From Salinispira sp. (GTDB lineage: Bacteria > Spirochaetota > Spirochaetia > DSM-27196 > Salinispiraceae), in contig OZ271918.1 of assembly GCA_965602015.1 (NCBI GenBank), forward strand, positions 224,001 through 288,000: a stretch of 64,000 bases of DNA, in the 5' to 3' direction. The position numbers and the translations under genes are program-made. Of this stretch, positions 28,170 through 38,320 are shown in pieces (the stretch's first letter is position 1; the number at the start of each line of letters is the position of its first letter). The notes under the pieces were generated by a model, which worked only from the letters and a program-made list of their open reading frames with translations, did not search any database and had not been told where the DNA came from.

Positions 28170-28775
28170 ATGAATGTATATTCGGGGATTCGGCTCGAAG
28201 ATGAAAAGGACGGCGGAGAAAACAAGGAATCTGAAAACCTCATCGGAAAAATGATGAAGACCCGCTCAATTTTACTGAGCGGTGAAGTAAACAAAGATCT
28301 CGCCGAGCGGGTTATCCGCAGCCTTCTGATTCTTGAAGCGAACGGGGACGATCCCATAAAAGTATTTATCGATTCACCCGGGGGAGACGTCGACGCGGGG
28401 TACGCGATCTTCGACATGATCCGCTTCGTAAAACCCCAGGTCTACACTATCGGAATGGGTCTGGTGGCCAGCGCCGGCGCCCTTATTCTTCTTGCGGCTC
28501 ACAAGGACCGCAGGGTCGGCCTTCCAAACAGCCACTATCTCATTCATCAGCCCCTGAGCGGAATGCGGGGGGTGGCAACCGACATCGAAATACATGCCAG
28601 GGAGCTTGAAAAAACCAAGGCGAAAATCAACAGGCTCATTGCCGAGGAAACCGGAAAGGATCTCGAGCAGATTGAAAAGGATACCGACAGGGATTATTGG
28701 CTGAATGCCGAGGAAAGTCTGGACTACGGGCTGATTTCGAAGGTTGTGGCAAACCGGATGGAACTCGACGCGTGA
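28170..28775 (+). CDS. clpP: ATP-dependent Clp protease proteolytic subunit
   Basis: IDSPGG, GLVASAG (Ser), IHQP (His), DTDRDYW; GGAG before ATG 28170. Confidence 0.93.
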   Translation: MNVYSGIRLEDEKDGGENKESENLIGKMMKTRSILLSGEVNKDLAERVIRSLLILEANGDDPIKVFIDSPGGDVDAGYAIFDMIRFVKPQVYTIGMGLVASAGALILLAAHKDRRVGLPNSHYLIHQPLSGMRGVATDIEIHARELEKTKAKINRLIAEETGKDLEQIEKDTDRDYWLNAEESLDYGLISKVVANRMELDA

Positions 28776-29782
28776 CCAGGGAGGAAATCCCCTCGCTGGA
28801 AACCCGGGTATTTCCCGGCTTTGCTCCGCCGGGTCAGAGGCTGAGCCACGGCATTCCCGCCCTTGACCTGCCAAATGACGCAGCTTCCCGCATTGCCGGG
28901 GGCGAAATAAGCCTCTACCGCGGAAAGGTCCGTGACAGTTTTACAACTTCCCGGGGCATCCTCATGGTAACCACCGACCGGATCAGCGCCTTTGACCGCA
29001 TACTGGACGTCATACCCGCTAAGGGCGAAATTCTCAACCGCATCTCGCTCTATTGGTTCGGGCAGACCGAGGATATCATAGAAAGCCACATCCTCGAAGC
29101 TCCCGGCGGCCGCAGCGTCTTTGTTAAACCCGCCGCGGTCCTGCCCGTAGAGGTCGTTGTCCGCGGTTATCTCACCGGTTCGGCATGGCGGGATTACCAG
29201 TCCGGCCGGCGGATTTCAGGCATCGGCCTACCATCGGGCATGAGAGAAAATCAGCGTTTCGATGAACCTCTCATAACACCGTCGACCAAGGCAGCCGTCG
29301 GCACCCACGATGAACCAATATCCTCCGAGGAAATACTGGCCCGCGGCCTGGTCAGTCCCGACATCTGGGGCCAGGTGGTCACGACCGCAACTGCATTATT
29401 TGCCCGGGGCCGTGAGCTCGCGGAAAAACGCGGACTGCTCCTGGTAGATACCAAGTACGAGTTCGGTATTTTTGAAGACCGGCTCATCCTGGTTGATGAA
29501 ATACACACCCCCGACAGTTCCCGTTACTGGTTGGCTGACAGCTACGACGAGGCCTTCTCAACCGGACAGCCTCCGGCAAAACTGGACAAGGAGTACCTTC
29601 GGCGCTGGCTGATGGAGCAGGGCTTTATGGGCGACGGCCAGGCTCCGGAAATTCCCCCGGAGGTACGCCGGGAGCTCGCATGGAAGTATATCCAGGCCTT
29701 TGAAATGATCACTGGTGAAAAATTCTCCCCCGTATTTTCAGATATTGAATCAGAACTGGAAGTAATAGGGTCTTACCTGTAG
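28772..29782 (+). CDS. purC: SAICAR synthase
   Basis: GKVRD, TDRISAFD, VEVVVRGYLTGS, TPSTKA, DTKYEFG, DEIHTPDSSR; GTG start overlapping the clpP stop. Confidence 0.94.
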   Translation: MTREEIPSLETRVFPGFAPPGQRLSHGIPALDLPNDAASRIAGGEISLYRGKVRDSFTTSRGILMVTTDRISAFDRILDVIPAKGEILNRISLYWFGQTEDIIESHILEAPGGRSVFVKPAAVLPVEVVVRGYLTGSAWRDYQSGRRISGIGLPSGMRENQRFDEPLITPSTKAAVGTHDEPISSEEILARGLVSPDIWGQVVTTATALFARGRELAEKRGLLLVDTKYEFGIFEDRLILVDEIHTPDSSRYWLADSYDEAFSTGQPPAKLDKEYLRRWLMEQGFMGDGQAPEIPPEVRRELAWKYIQAFEMITGEKFSPVFSDIESELEVIGSYL

Positions 29783-29822
29783 CGACCCTTCCCGGCACTG
29801 TAGAAGGGTCGGGGAGGCAGCT

Positions 29823-30956
29823 GTGATTATCAGGTCGTACCAAAGAATCCCAAGTAATCCATACCCTCAATTGTTGCGCCCGATTTTTCTCTGGGGGTTC
29901 GCTCTGTTTGCCTGCATGGCATGTGCATGCTCCAATCCCCTGGCTGATACAGACCAAGCGGTCAGAATCTTCAGCTATAATGCCCAGACCCTCTTCGATG
30001 ATGTGCTGCAGGGGAATGAGTTCCCCGAGTTTCGTCCTTCGCTGGATGGTTGGGGCAGCAGGGAGTACCATGGCCGTCTCCGCAACCTGGCACGGGTAAT
30101 CAGGGAGAGCTGCCCGGGTGGGCCGGACATCGTTGTCCTGCAGGAAATCGAAAATCTGTCCGTATTGCAGGATCTGCGCCGGTATTTCCTTCGGGGCCTG
30201 GGCTACCATGATCTGGCTGCGGGAGCCAGCAAAAGTGCATCCATGGGAATCGGTGTGCTCAGCCGGCACCCCATATCTTCGAGCAGACTGGTATCTGCGG
30301 TTCATCCGGATACCTCGCTCAGGCCGGCTCTTGAACTGGAAATCCGCCTCGGGGAAAACCGGGAGTTGCGATTGTTTGCAGTTCATTGGAAAAGTAAGCG
30401 GGGAGACTCGGAAGAAGAGACCGAGCCGCTGCGTCTGCTTCAAGCCCATAGCCTCATCAGTCGCATAGAGGCGCTCAAGGCGCAGGGAGACAGCCTGCCG
30501 CTTATCATCGCCGGGGACTTCAATGAGACGCTTCAGGATTTTTCCGGCCGGGAATCCCTGCGCTATGCTACCGCCACAGTATTACTTGAGGAATATGGGC
30601 AATGGAGAGATTCGCCGGGCAGCGATGGTTTGAAACCGGTGGTGGTCAGCATCGCCCCCGATCCGTCCACGCTTGTAATGCATGCAATCGACCTCCCGGG
30701 CTTTCTGCTTCCCCTTGAAAATTTGTCGGAGGAGTCAGTCCCCTCGGGGAGCTACCACTACGACGGCAGCTGGGAGCTCATAGATCAAATACTCATCAGT
30801 CCGTCTATGCTTGATACATGTTTTAGCTCCGCACGGTTTTTTATCGTTTCCAACCCATGCCTGGTGGACAGCGGGGGAAGGCCGCGCCGCTGGAGTCCCG
30901 GCCGCAGCGGAGGGTTTTCTGATCATTTGCCGGTATTGCTGGAACTTTTTCCCTAG
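29823..30956 (+). CDS. Endonuclease/exonuclease/phosphatase family protein, probably exported
   Basis: SYN..LFD, LQEIEN, HWKS, GDFNE, IDQI, FSDHLPV; start uncertain. Confidence 0.85.
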   Translation: MIIRSYQRIPSNPYPQLLRPIFLWGFALFACMACACSNPLADTDQAVRIFSYNAQTLFDDVLQGNEFPEFRPSLDGWGSREYHGRLRNLARVIRESCPGGPDIVVLQEIENLSVLQDLRRYFLRGLGYHDLAAGASKSASMGIGVLSRHPISSSRLVSAVHPDTSLRPALELEIRLGENRELRLFAVHWKSKRGDSEEETEPLRLLQAHSLISRIEALKAQGDSLPLIIAGDFNETLQDFSGRESLRYATATVLLEEYGQWRDSPGSDGLKPVVVSIAPDPSTLVMHAIDLPGFLLPLENLSEESVPSGSYHYDGSWELIDQILISPSMLDTCFSSARFFIVSNPCLVDSGGRPRRWSPGRSGGFSDHLPVLLELFP

Positions 30957-31057
30957 CGAACCTATACTATGGAATAACTGCCGGACGACGGGCCGGCGAC
31001 CCCCTCAATACTGCCGGGTGTAGAGACCGGCTGGAAAATGAGTAAACGGGGTATATC

Positions 31058-31624
31058 ATGTCCGATACTTCCAGCACACAAACCGCAGGAATAAAAAATT
31101 CCTATCCATCTGAAAAGGCCCTCATTGCAGTCAGCGACGTTTTGGCCTTTACCCGGCTGGCCGGGAGCGCTACGCCCGATGAGCTCGGGCGCTTCCTCAG
31201 CTTCCTCGCAAACCATCACAGCCGATGGCTTGAAGGCAGCAGCGGTGAAATTATCAAGTTTATCGGCGATGCCTGCCTGATGGTCTTTCCCGCTGACGAC
31301 GCCGACAAGGGAATCAACATTCTCAAAGAAATGAGGGAGTCATTTGTCGTCGAGACCCGGCGTCAGTTCGATCATAGCTGGCTCGGCATGACGGTTCAGG
31401 CCCATGTCGGATTGATTTATCGGGTGGCCATGCCCCCTGAAATGCGTTCGGATATTTTCGGCATAGATGTTAATACGGCCTTCAGGCTGGGTGCCGAAGG
31501 GGGCAACTACGCCAGACCCAAAGGCGGGGAAATCATTCTTTCGCCCCAGGCGTTCCGGAGTCTGGAACCCGCAAGCCGCAAAGCCTTCAGGAAATATACC
31601 CCGCCAATGTATTATCGGGGGTAA
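31058..31624 (+). CDS. Stand-alone class III nucleotidyl cyclase-like domain protein
   Basis: SDVLAFT, KFIGDA, DIFGIDVNTAFRL motifs. Confidence 0.75.
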   Translation: MSDTSSTQTAGIKNSYPSEKALIAVSDVLAFTRLAGSATPDELGRFLSFLANHHSRWLEGSSGEIIKFIGDACLMVFPADDADKGINILKEMRESFVVETRRQFDHSWLGMTVQAHVGLIYRVAMPPEMRSDIFGIDVNTAFRLGAEGGNYARPKGGEIILSPQAFRSLEPASRKAFRKYTPPMYYRG

Positions 31625-31694
31625 AGGGCCCGGGGCCGGTCAAACCAGACAAGGCAGAGATTCGGGGAGCCGCCGCCGAGAGCGGCTTGCCGGA

Positions 31695-32471
31695 TTACCT
31701 GCGCCAGATCCCGATTTCTATTAACCGGCTTTCGGCCTGCTCCGCCCATCCCCGGTTTGCCGCCGGGCTGGCGGGGCTCGGGTGGAGAATGCTGTACACC
31801 GGAATATCCAGCTTGCCCATGCGGGCCACGGCGCTCAGTCGTTTTTCCGCGAACTTCCCCACGCCGATCAGGGTTTTTGGCTTGAGCGCCCGGATTTGTT
31901 TCACGAGGGCGCCGTCGCACAGGCTGAGAACGCTGTTCTGCTCTGAGGCGGGAAGCTTGTCGGGGGTGCGGTTTCTCCCGCCCTCCTCCATAAAGACAAG
32001 AGGGCAGTAATTGATTACAAGATGATCGGCAAAAAAGTCTCGGGGGTCGGGGTAACGCCCGGACATGAGACCCCAGAGCCTATCCCCGCTGACCTCCACC
32101 CGGGAGCAGTCAAAACCTTCAACTGGACGTTTTTTATGTTCGAAAGGCGGCTTGCCGACGGGCATGTTTCCCAGACTCATCCAGTCCCGCACATAGGGCA
32201 CGGCTCCGAAAGGAATGCCGGTCTGGGCCATGCCCCAGGGACCGGGGTTCATGCCCATAAAAAGCGCAGCGGGGTTTGGCTGGGCATAACGCCGCAGGTA
32301 TTCGTGAAACACTGCGTCGGCGTATTCCAGGGGATTGTACACTGTATGTACCGGCGGGGCGAACTCCAGTTTTCCCAGATCGGCGCTGAGATCTGAGTTG
32401 ATCGCAATGAGGTCTTCAGCCAGCTGATTCATTCGGGAAGGATAGCCCGGCCCGGCAGGGTTGTCTACCAC
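31695..32471 (-). CDS. SMUG1-type (family 3) uracil-DNA glycosylase
   Basis: VYNPLEYA, GMNPGPWGMAQTGIPFG, EVSG.RLW, NYCPL, RNRTPDKL, HPSPASP; true start may be ATG 32432. Confidence 0.9.
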   Translation of the reverse strand: MVDNPAGPGYPSRMNQLAEDLIAINSDLSADLGKLEFAPPVHTVYNPLEYADAVFHEYLRRYAQPNPAALFMGMNPGPWGMAQTGIPFGAVPYVRDWMSLGNMPVGKPPFEHKKRPVEGFDCSRVEVSGDRLWGLMSGRYPDPRDFFADHLVINYCPLVFMEEGGRNRTPDKLPASEQNSVLSLCDGALVKQIRALKPKTLIGVGKFAEKRLSAVARMGKLDIPVYSILHPSPASPAANRGWAEQAESRLIEIGIWRR

Positions 32472-35044
32472 AGTTCACCCTGGCCGTCAGGGGGGTGAAT
32501 CGCCAGACATTGGGAAACAAGGTCCCAGGAGGCGGCGCCGTTTATGCTTTGGAGAACCGGGATCAGTTGTTTCTGGACGTACCAGGAAGAGTCGGGGATG
32601 AGAGATACGAGATCCTCTTCGCTCATAGCAGGCCGGGGACCTTCCGAGGTCATCAGATAGCGGATTTTTCGCAAGCGCCGGCTATCGCCTCGGGATTTTT
32701 TGCGCCGCCACTCCATTTCAAGCCGGGCAGCCCGCACATGGGGCGGCAGGTTCCCCCGGTACTCTTCAGGATTTTTGCTGAGACGCTTGGAAATGAGCAG
32801 TTGGCGGTTATGCTCAGGGTTTCGCAGCGCTGCCAGGATGTCTTTGAGAATGTATGCGATTTCCTCCCGGCCGGCGTCGCGCAGCAAGGCTTCGATTAAC
32901 CGCGATTGGGCGTTTCTGGCGAAGGGCGTCCAGTCGCTGCGCACCGCTTCCATTCCCTTAATGACCAGCTCACCGCTTGCGGGCCCGATTTCACCGCCGG
33001 TAAACCCGAGACCTGCATAGCTTTTCGCCCGCCCCTGGGGGCCTTCGAGTCCGGCGTCCTGGAGGCCGTGCAGCACCGCGTCGGATGATACGGATTTCAG
33101 AGCCGGAATGTACAAGGGGGCGAAAAGGTATTCAAATTCGATTTCCAGGAAGGATTCGCGGTTCCAGCGCCGGCGGACCCATACGCCTATGTGACTGTTG
33201 ATGTCCTTAACCAGTTCGCGGCCCAGGGAAAATAAATCTTCAGGGCGAAAATTCGCCCTATTGATTACCTCATCAGGCGGCGTCAGGAAGAGGCTGTCGG
33301 TATCGCCGTACATTGCGGAGAACCCCCGCTCCGCGGCAAAATCCCGACTCCAGAACAGAATTTCCTTGGCAAACGAGGTGATGGCCGTGGCGATATCGCT
33401 TCCTGCGAAACGGCAGCCCGGGCTTCCGAGGACACCATAGAAGGAGTTGGCGAGGATTTTATACGCGTAGGAGGCGGTTTCGTCGCCCCGTGACTTCGCC
33501 TCTTCGCGCAGCCGGTAAAAATCTGTGATGATTCGGGGAAGGATGCCATCATCGGGGAGAAATGGGGCGCCGTTGGGAGATGTGAGCAATCCCGCTTGGG
33601 CTTTCCCTGTTGTCCCCTGTTCTTTCGCCCGGACATGGCCAAGGGGATCGATGCCGAAACTCCTGATGATCGAAGGATACAGACCTTTAAAATCCAGGAG
33701 AAGCACATAGGGAAAACGGCCGCTTCTGGGGAAAATAATGGTTCCGCCGGGGCTCTCGTTCATGGGCAGAGCGTCCACGCCGTGATCAGGGGCGGCTATT
33801 CTCTCCCGGTGAAGCCGGCTGGTATACAGTTGCTCAAACGCATGAACGCTTGCCCACGATCGGCTAATGCTGGTGCCGCAGAGGGCGGCCCGCCGCAAAG
33901 TCAGTTCCAGCAAACCGCTGTCAGCCAACAGCTCTAGCACCAGCCGGGAGTCTTCGAGGCAGTATTTGAGGAACCTCAAAGGTTCTTCATTCCACAGCCG
34001 GTCCAGCTCATCCATTTTTCCCGACGGGGAAAACTGTTCCGCCTTTCCCCTTCCTAAAACCGCCGAGGCCACGGATTCCAGGCTGTAGGATTCAAAGTGC
34101 CGGGGATACATACGGTGAAGACGCATGGCGTCAATGACCACCCGTCCGGGGACCTCGCAGTGATCCGGCATATCGCCGCTGCCGGGGAGGAATGCCGCCG
34201 ACTCTCTGGAGCGGCCGAAATCACCTCGAACCCCGAGCTCCGCCATTCTTCGTAGGATCATCATCATGTCGAAGCCGATGACGTTCCATCCGGTAATGAT
34301 GTCCGGGTCGATAGCCACTATTTTATCTCTCAGATCGCATAAAAGACGGGTTTCGTCGGGATGTTGTCTCAGTTCAGCTGTTCCCGCGGCAGCGGGATTG
34401 ATTCCCTTGTCTATGGAGATAATGACGGATTGGTAATGCGAAGCCTGCCCCGGGGAAATCCTGCCGTCGGGAGCCGGGCAATGAACCAGTGAAACCGCAC
34501 GAATTTCACCCGTGCGGCTGGTTTCAATGTCCAGCGCAAGCACTCTCAGGGGTATGGGCGAACCGCCTCCATCGGCACGGATGCGGGGATTTCGAATCCG
34601 CAGATCAACCCGGTCGCCGTCTTCCTCATTGCCTTCGAATACAACCCGCAATGAAATGCCCCCGTCGATCATAAACTGATTGGCCGGACTGATGTCGCCC
34701 TCATAGCAGGCAAGTCCTGCTCCCCGCAGAAGCCGGTGGGCCGCGCTCATCTCCCGATGGACGGTGAAATCCAATCGAAGCAGGGGTCCTCCGTTCATCC
34801 GGGACCAGCCCCCGCTCTCCGAGAAGGGGATTTTTGCATGCTCAAGAAGCCTGCGCGCCTCGGCGATATCTTCGGTCCGGATAAAAAAGCGGGGAAAGAA
34901 ATCGCTGCAAACCAGGCCAAAGCTGCGCCCGTCCTCACAACGGCCCTGAAGAATGATCTGTTCTCCGTTTTTGCCGCTTTTGCTTCGGATATACATAAGC
35001 GCGCCGCTAATTGCCATGGACCTCAGTGTATCCGCTTTTGGCAA
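32465..35044 (-). CDS. polB: DNA polymerase II (family B)
   Basis: Exonuclease DIET, GWN...FD, YC..D; polymerase DFKGLYPSII, YKILANSFYG, YGDTDS, KGME.VRSDWT. Confidence 0.9.
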   Translation of the reverse strand: MPKADTLRSMAISGALMYIRSKSGKNGEQIILQGRCEDGRSFGLVCSDFFPRFFIRTEDIAEARRLLEHAKIPFSESGGWSRMNGGPLLRLDFTVHREMSAAHRLLRGAGLACYEGDISPANQFMIDGGISLRVVFEGNEEDGDRVDLRIRNPRIRADGGGSPIPLRVLALDIETSRTGEIRAVSLVHCPAPDGRISPGQASHYQSVIISIDKGINPAAAGTAELRQHPDETRLLCDLRDKIVAIDPDIITGWNVIGFDMMMILRRMAELGVRGDFGRSRESAAFLPGSGDMPDHCEVPGRVVIDAMRLHRMYPRHFESYSLESVASAVLGRGKAEQFSPSGKMDELDRLWNEEPLRFLKYCLEDSRLVLELLADSGLLELTLRRAALCGTSISRSWASVHAFEQLYTSRLHRERIAAPDHGVDALPMNESPGGTIIFPRSGRFPYVLLLDFKGLYPSIIRSFGIDPLGHVRAKEQGTTGKAQAGLLTSPNGAPFLPDDGILPRIITDFYRLREEAKSRGDETASYAYKILANSFYGVLGSPGCRFAGSDIATAITSFAKEILFWSRDFAAERGFSAMYGDTDSLFLTPPDEVINRANFRPEDLFSLGRELVKDINSHIGVWVRRRWNRESFLEIEFEYLFAPLYIPALKSVSSDAVLHGLQDAGLEGPQGRAKSYAGLGFTGGEIGPASGELVIKGMEAVRSDWTPFARNAQSRLIEALLRDAGREEIAYILKDILAALRNPEHNRQLLISKRLSKNPEEYRGNLPPHVRAARLEMEWRRKKSRGDSRRLRKIRYLMTSEGPRPAMSEEDLVSLIPDSSWYVQKQLIPVLQSINGAASWDLVSQCLAIHPPDGQGELW

Positions 35045-35128
35045 GTGAAAAAAGCGAGTCGCCCTGCTTTACCGTCCCCGGGCGCCGGTAGTCGGGAAGC
35101 TTGCAACTATTCCCACCCTCATTTATAA

Positions 35129-36436
35129 ATGAGGAGCATGAGTGGTTTTTCGAATCAGAGCGAGTATTTCGACCATCTTAGGAGCCACGGTCCGCTTCCA
35201 GCGGGATTCCGGGGAGGCAGCTGTTCCCTCACATTTATGCCCGACGAACGCCCCAGCGGCGAGCCCTACCGAATGGATATGTCGGCAATAGTCCTGGATG
35301 AGCCCACCGACGCCTTCGCCGGGGCCTTTACGAAAAATGCCGTTCCCGGAGCGCCGATTCTTATTGCCCGGCAGAGAATCGAGGGAGCTGCCATGCAGGG
35401 AGTCCTCGTAAATAACCGGATTTCAAATGTGGCGGCAAGCGGCGGGCAGGCCACCGCACAGCGGCTCACAACCCGGGCCGGGGAATTGCTCGGCATTTCC
35501 GGCGATCTGTTGTTCCCCAGTTCCACGGGCATCATCGGTTGGAAGCTTCCGGAGGATGAAATGATGGCGGCCATGCCGCGCCTTCGCGACTCGACGGCCC
35601 TGGATCCCTCACGGCCCGAACTTCCCCTTGAGCTTGCCAGGGCCATCATGACAACTGACAGTTTCCCGAAGATCCGCTCCCGCCGTCTGGGCCAAGGGAA
35701 AATCATGGCTATTGCAAAGGGCGCGGGCATGATCGAACCCAACCTGGCCACCATGCTGGTTTTTATAATGACAGACCTGGATGTATCCAGGACCGATCTG
35801 AGAAGCATCCTCTCACAAACCCTGGAAGACAGCTTCAACGCCATCTCGGTGGACAGCGATCAGAGTACCAGCGACATGGTGCTGGCTTTTTCTTCCCAGA
35901 AATATCCGGTAGAATTATCCGATTTTTCCCTGGAGTTCGCCCGCATGTGCAGGGACCTCAGTGAGGATATCGTCCGCAATGGCGAGGGTACCGGCCATGT
36001 AATCCGCATCACCGTGTCCGGCGAGGAAGAACCCGCTTACCTCAAGGCCCTGGGCAAGGCTGTAGGGAACAGCCCGCTTGTCAAAACAGCGGTTTACGGT
36101 AACGACCCCAATGTGGGCCGAATCCTTTCGGCCCTCGGAGATTGCGCCGGGAATCTCGGAAAGTCGATACATGCTCAGGAGCTGGAAATCAGGATAGGGG
36201 ATCAAACGGTGTTCCGCGACGGCGTGTTTTCCCTTAGCCGTCAAAAAGAAGAGCTGCTGGCGAGCTATCTCGCCCAGCAATCACAAAACCCCCGGATTCA
36301 AGGGTATCCGCAGAACGAACGCTCGGTTGAAATCAGCATCGATCTGAATCGGGGGAAAAAAGCGCACAAGGTAGCGGTTTTCGCGTCGGATCTCGGTCAT
36401 GAATATGTCCGGGAAAACGCCGACTACCGGACATAG
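35129..36436 (+). CDS. argJ: Ornithine acetyltransferase / N-acetylglutamate synthase
   Basis: SSTGIIG, IMTTD, KGAGMIEPNLATML autoproteolysis motif, DSDQSTSD, SPLVKTA..G.DPN.GRI. Confidence 0.93.
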   Translation: MRSMSGFSNQSEYFDHLRSHGPLPAGFRGGSCSLTFMPDERPSGEPYRMDMSAIVLDEPTDAFAGAFTKNAVPGAPILIARQRIEGAAMQGVLVNNRISNVAASGGQATAQRLTTRAGELLGISGDLLFPSSTGIIGWKLPEDEMMAAMPRLRDSTALDPSRPELPLELARAIMTTDSFPKIRSRRLGQGKIMAIAKGAGMIEPNLATMLVFIMTDLDVSRTDLRSILSQTLEDSFNAISVDSDQSTSDMVLAFSSQKYPVELSDFSLEFARMCRDLSEDIVRNGEGTGHVIRITVSGEEEPAYLKALGKAVGNSPLVKTAVYGNDPNVGRILSALGDCAGNLGKSIHAQELEIRIGDQTVFRDGVFSLSRQKEELLASYLAQQSQNPRIQGYPQNERSVEISIDLNRGKKAHKVAVFASDLGHEYVRENADYRT

Positions 36437-36452
36437 TACAGGAGAGCCTCAG

Positions 36453-37448
36453 ATGGAGAATAAAGGCAGGGAGCGGAACGAACAGGATGTTCAGATCATG
36501 CGTTCCCGCGATCTTATACGCAAGGCGATGGAAGAGATCGGCAATGTGGTGGTCGGTCAGACCAGCATGATCGAGGGAATGTTCATGGGTATCCTTGCGG
36601 GGGGCCATGTCCTCCTCGAAGGGGTGCCGGGTCTGGCCAAGACCCTCGCAATTAAGACCATGGCGGAGGTAATCGACGCCAGCTTCAAACGCATCCAGTT
36701 TACACCGGATCTCCTGCCTGCCGACCTGGTGGGGACAATGATATACCGGCAGCAGACCGGGGAATTCGTTCCCCGGAAGGGACCGGTCTTTTCAAATATC
36801 ATTCTTGCGGATGAAATAAACCGGGCGCCCGCAAAGGTGCAATCCGCCATGCTCGAAGCGATGGAAGAAAATCAGGTCACAATCGGCGACAACACCTATC
36901 CGCTTCCCGAGCCCTTTTTTGTGCTGGCTACCCAGAATCCCATTGAACAGGAGGGAACCTATCCCCTGCCTGAAGCCCAGCTGGACCGCTTCATTTTGAA
37001 GCTGACCGTTGATTATCCGAGCGCCGAAGAAGAGCTTCAGATCCTTCGTCGCATGGGCAAGCGCGAGCAGATTCACCTCAGCCGGCAAATTCTCAAGTCC
37101 GATATAAAACGCCTGCGTGAAGCCGCTTCCAGCATAACCGTGGATGAACGCATAGAGAGCTATATCGTCGATATTGTCGCCTCCAGCCGGCAGAATGACC
37201 GGGGGCTGAACAGTTTTGCCCGCTTCATCGAGTTCGGGGCGTCACCCCGGGCAAGCATCTATCTGTACCGTTGTTCCAAGGTGAAGGCCCTTTTGGAGGG
37301 AAGAAGTTTTGTGGTACCGGAAGATGTAAAATATGTGGCCCCTATGGTGCTTCGCCACCGGATCAACCTGAGCTATGAGGCAGAAAGCGAGGACATGACA
37401 ACGGAAGATGTTATTTCCTATCTCCTCTCGGCGGTGCCGGTTCCATGA
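36453..37448 (+). CDS. MoxR-family AAA+ ATPase
   Basis: GVPGLAKT, RIQFTPDLLP, ADEINRAPAKVQSA, ATQNPIEQEGTYPLPEAQLDRF, GASPR. Confidence 0.95.
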   Translation: MENKGRERNEQDVQIMRSRDLIRKAMEEIGNVVVGQTSMIEGMFMGILAGGHVLLEGVPGLAKTLAIKTMAEVIDASFKRIQFTPDLLPADLVGTMIYRQQTGEFVPRKGPVFSNIILADEINRAPAKVQSAMLEAMEENQVTIGDNTYPLPEPFFVLATQNPIEQEGTYPLPEAQLDRFILKLTVDYPSAEEELQILRRMGKREQIHLSRQILKSDIKRLREAASSITVDERIESYIVDIVASSRQNDRGLNSFARFIEFGASPRASIYLYRCSKVKALLEGRSFVVPEDVKYVAPMVLRHRINLSYEAESEDMTTEDVISYLLSAVPVP

Positions 37449-38320
37449 ACGCCGCCAGGCTCTTCGCACGGGTAAAAAACCTCGAACTGATCTCATCAAA
37501 GCTTGTGGAGAGCCTGCTCACGGGAAACTACCGTTCGGTGTTCAAGGGACCGGGCATTGAGTTTTCCGAAGTGCGGGAATATGTAGAGGGGGACGATCCC
37601 CGGCTAATAGACTGGAACGTCACCGGACGAATGAACTCGGTGTTTACCAAAACCTTCCGGGAGGAACGGGAGATCGTGCTCTTCCTGATTGTCGATCTTT
37701 CGGCATCGGTATTCTCCGCCGCCGGAAGCCACAAACTCCGGGAAACCGCGGATCTCATTTTTACGATTTTTACCTTCGCAGCCGCTAACAACAATGACCA
37801 GGTCGGCGCGGTATTTTTCACCGAAGATATCGAGCATTGGGTAAGCCCCATGAAGGGCAGGAAGCACGCCCTGCGTCTTATTCAGGATATGATCCGCTTC
37901 CAGCCCGGCGGAAAGGGCTCGAATTTGGGACTGGCCATCAAAACCACCGGCGAAGCCCTGAAGCGCCGGGGGATCTGCGTCATCCTCTCGGATTTTAAAA
38001 GCAGCGGGTACTGGCGTGACTTGAGCATCCTCGCCAAGCGCCATGATGTGCTGGCGATTCGCCTCACCAGCCCGGAGGAAGTTGATTTCCCGGCCACGGG
38101 CCTCATAAAAATGCAGGACGCCGAAACCGGCAAGACCCTGCTCGGCCTCGGTTCGAACCGGAGATTTCGAAAAAAGTATCAGGAGTACTGGGCCCTGCAG
38201 CGAAAACAGTGGTTCAGGGAATGCCGCAAACGGGGAGTAAGTCCTATCGAGATTCGCAGCAATGAGGACCCGGTATTAAAACTCTTTCAGTTTTTTCAGC
38301 GCAGGAAACGCCGCCGATGA
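37445..38320 (+). CDS. DUF58 protein (vWA-like MoxR partner)
   Basis: G.Y.S.FKG.GIEFSEVREY..GDD.R.IDWNVT; ILSDF. Confidence 0.92.
   Translation: MNAARLFARVKNLELISSKLVESLLTGNYRSVFKGPGIEFSEVREYVEGDDPRLIDWNVTGRMNSVFTKTFREEREIVLFLIVDLSASVFSAAGSHKLRETADLIFTIFTFAAANNNDQVGAVFFTEDIEHWVSPMKGRKHALRLIQDMIRFQPGGKGSNLGLAIKTTGEALKRRGICVILSDFKSSGYWRDLSILAKRHDVLAIRLTSPEEVDFPATGLIKMQDAETGKTLLGLGSNRRFRKKYQEYWALQRKQWFRECRKRGVSPIEIRSNEDPVLKLFQFFQRRKRRR

Noticed and set aside
32465..35044. Family B polymerase as a prophage, casposon or pipolin marker
   Set aside because: It has Pol II-like motifs and lies among housekeeping genes with no integrase, Cas1 or phage genes nearby.
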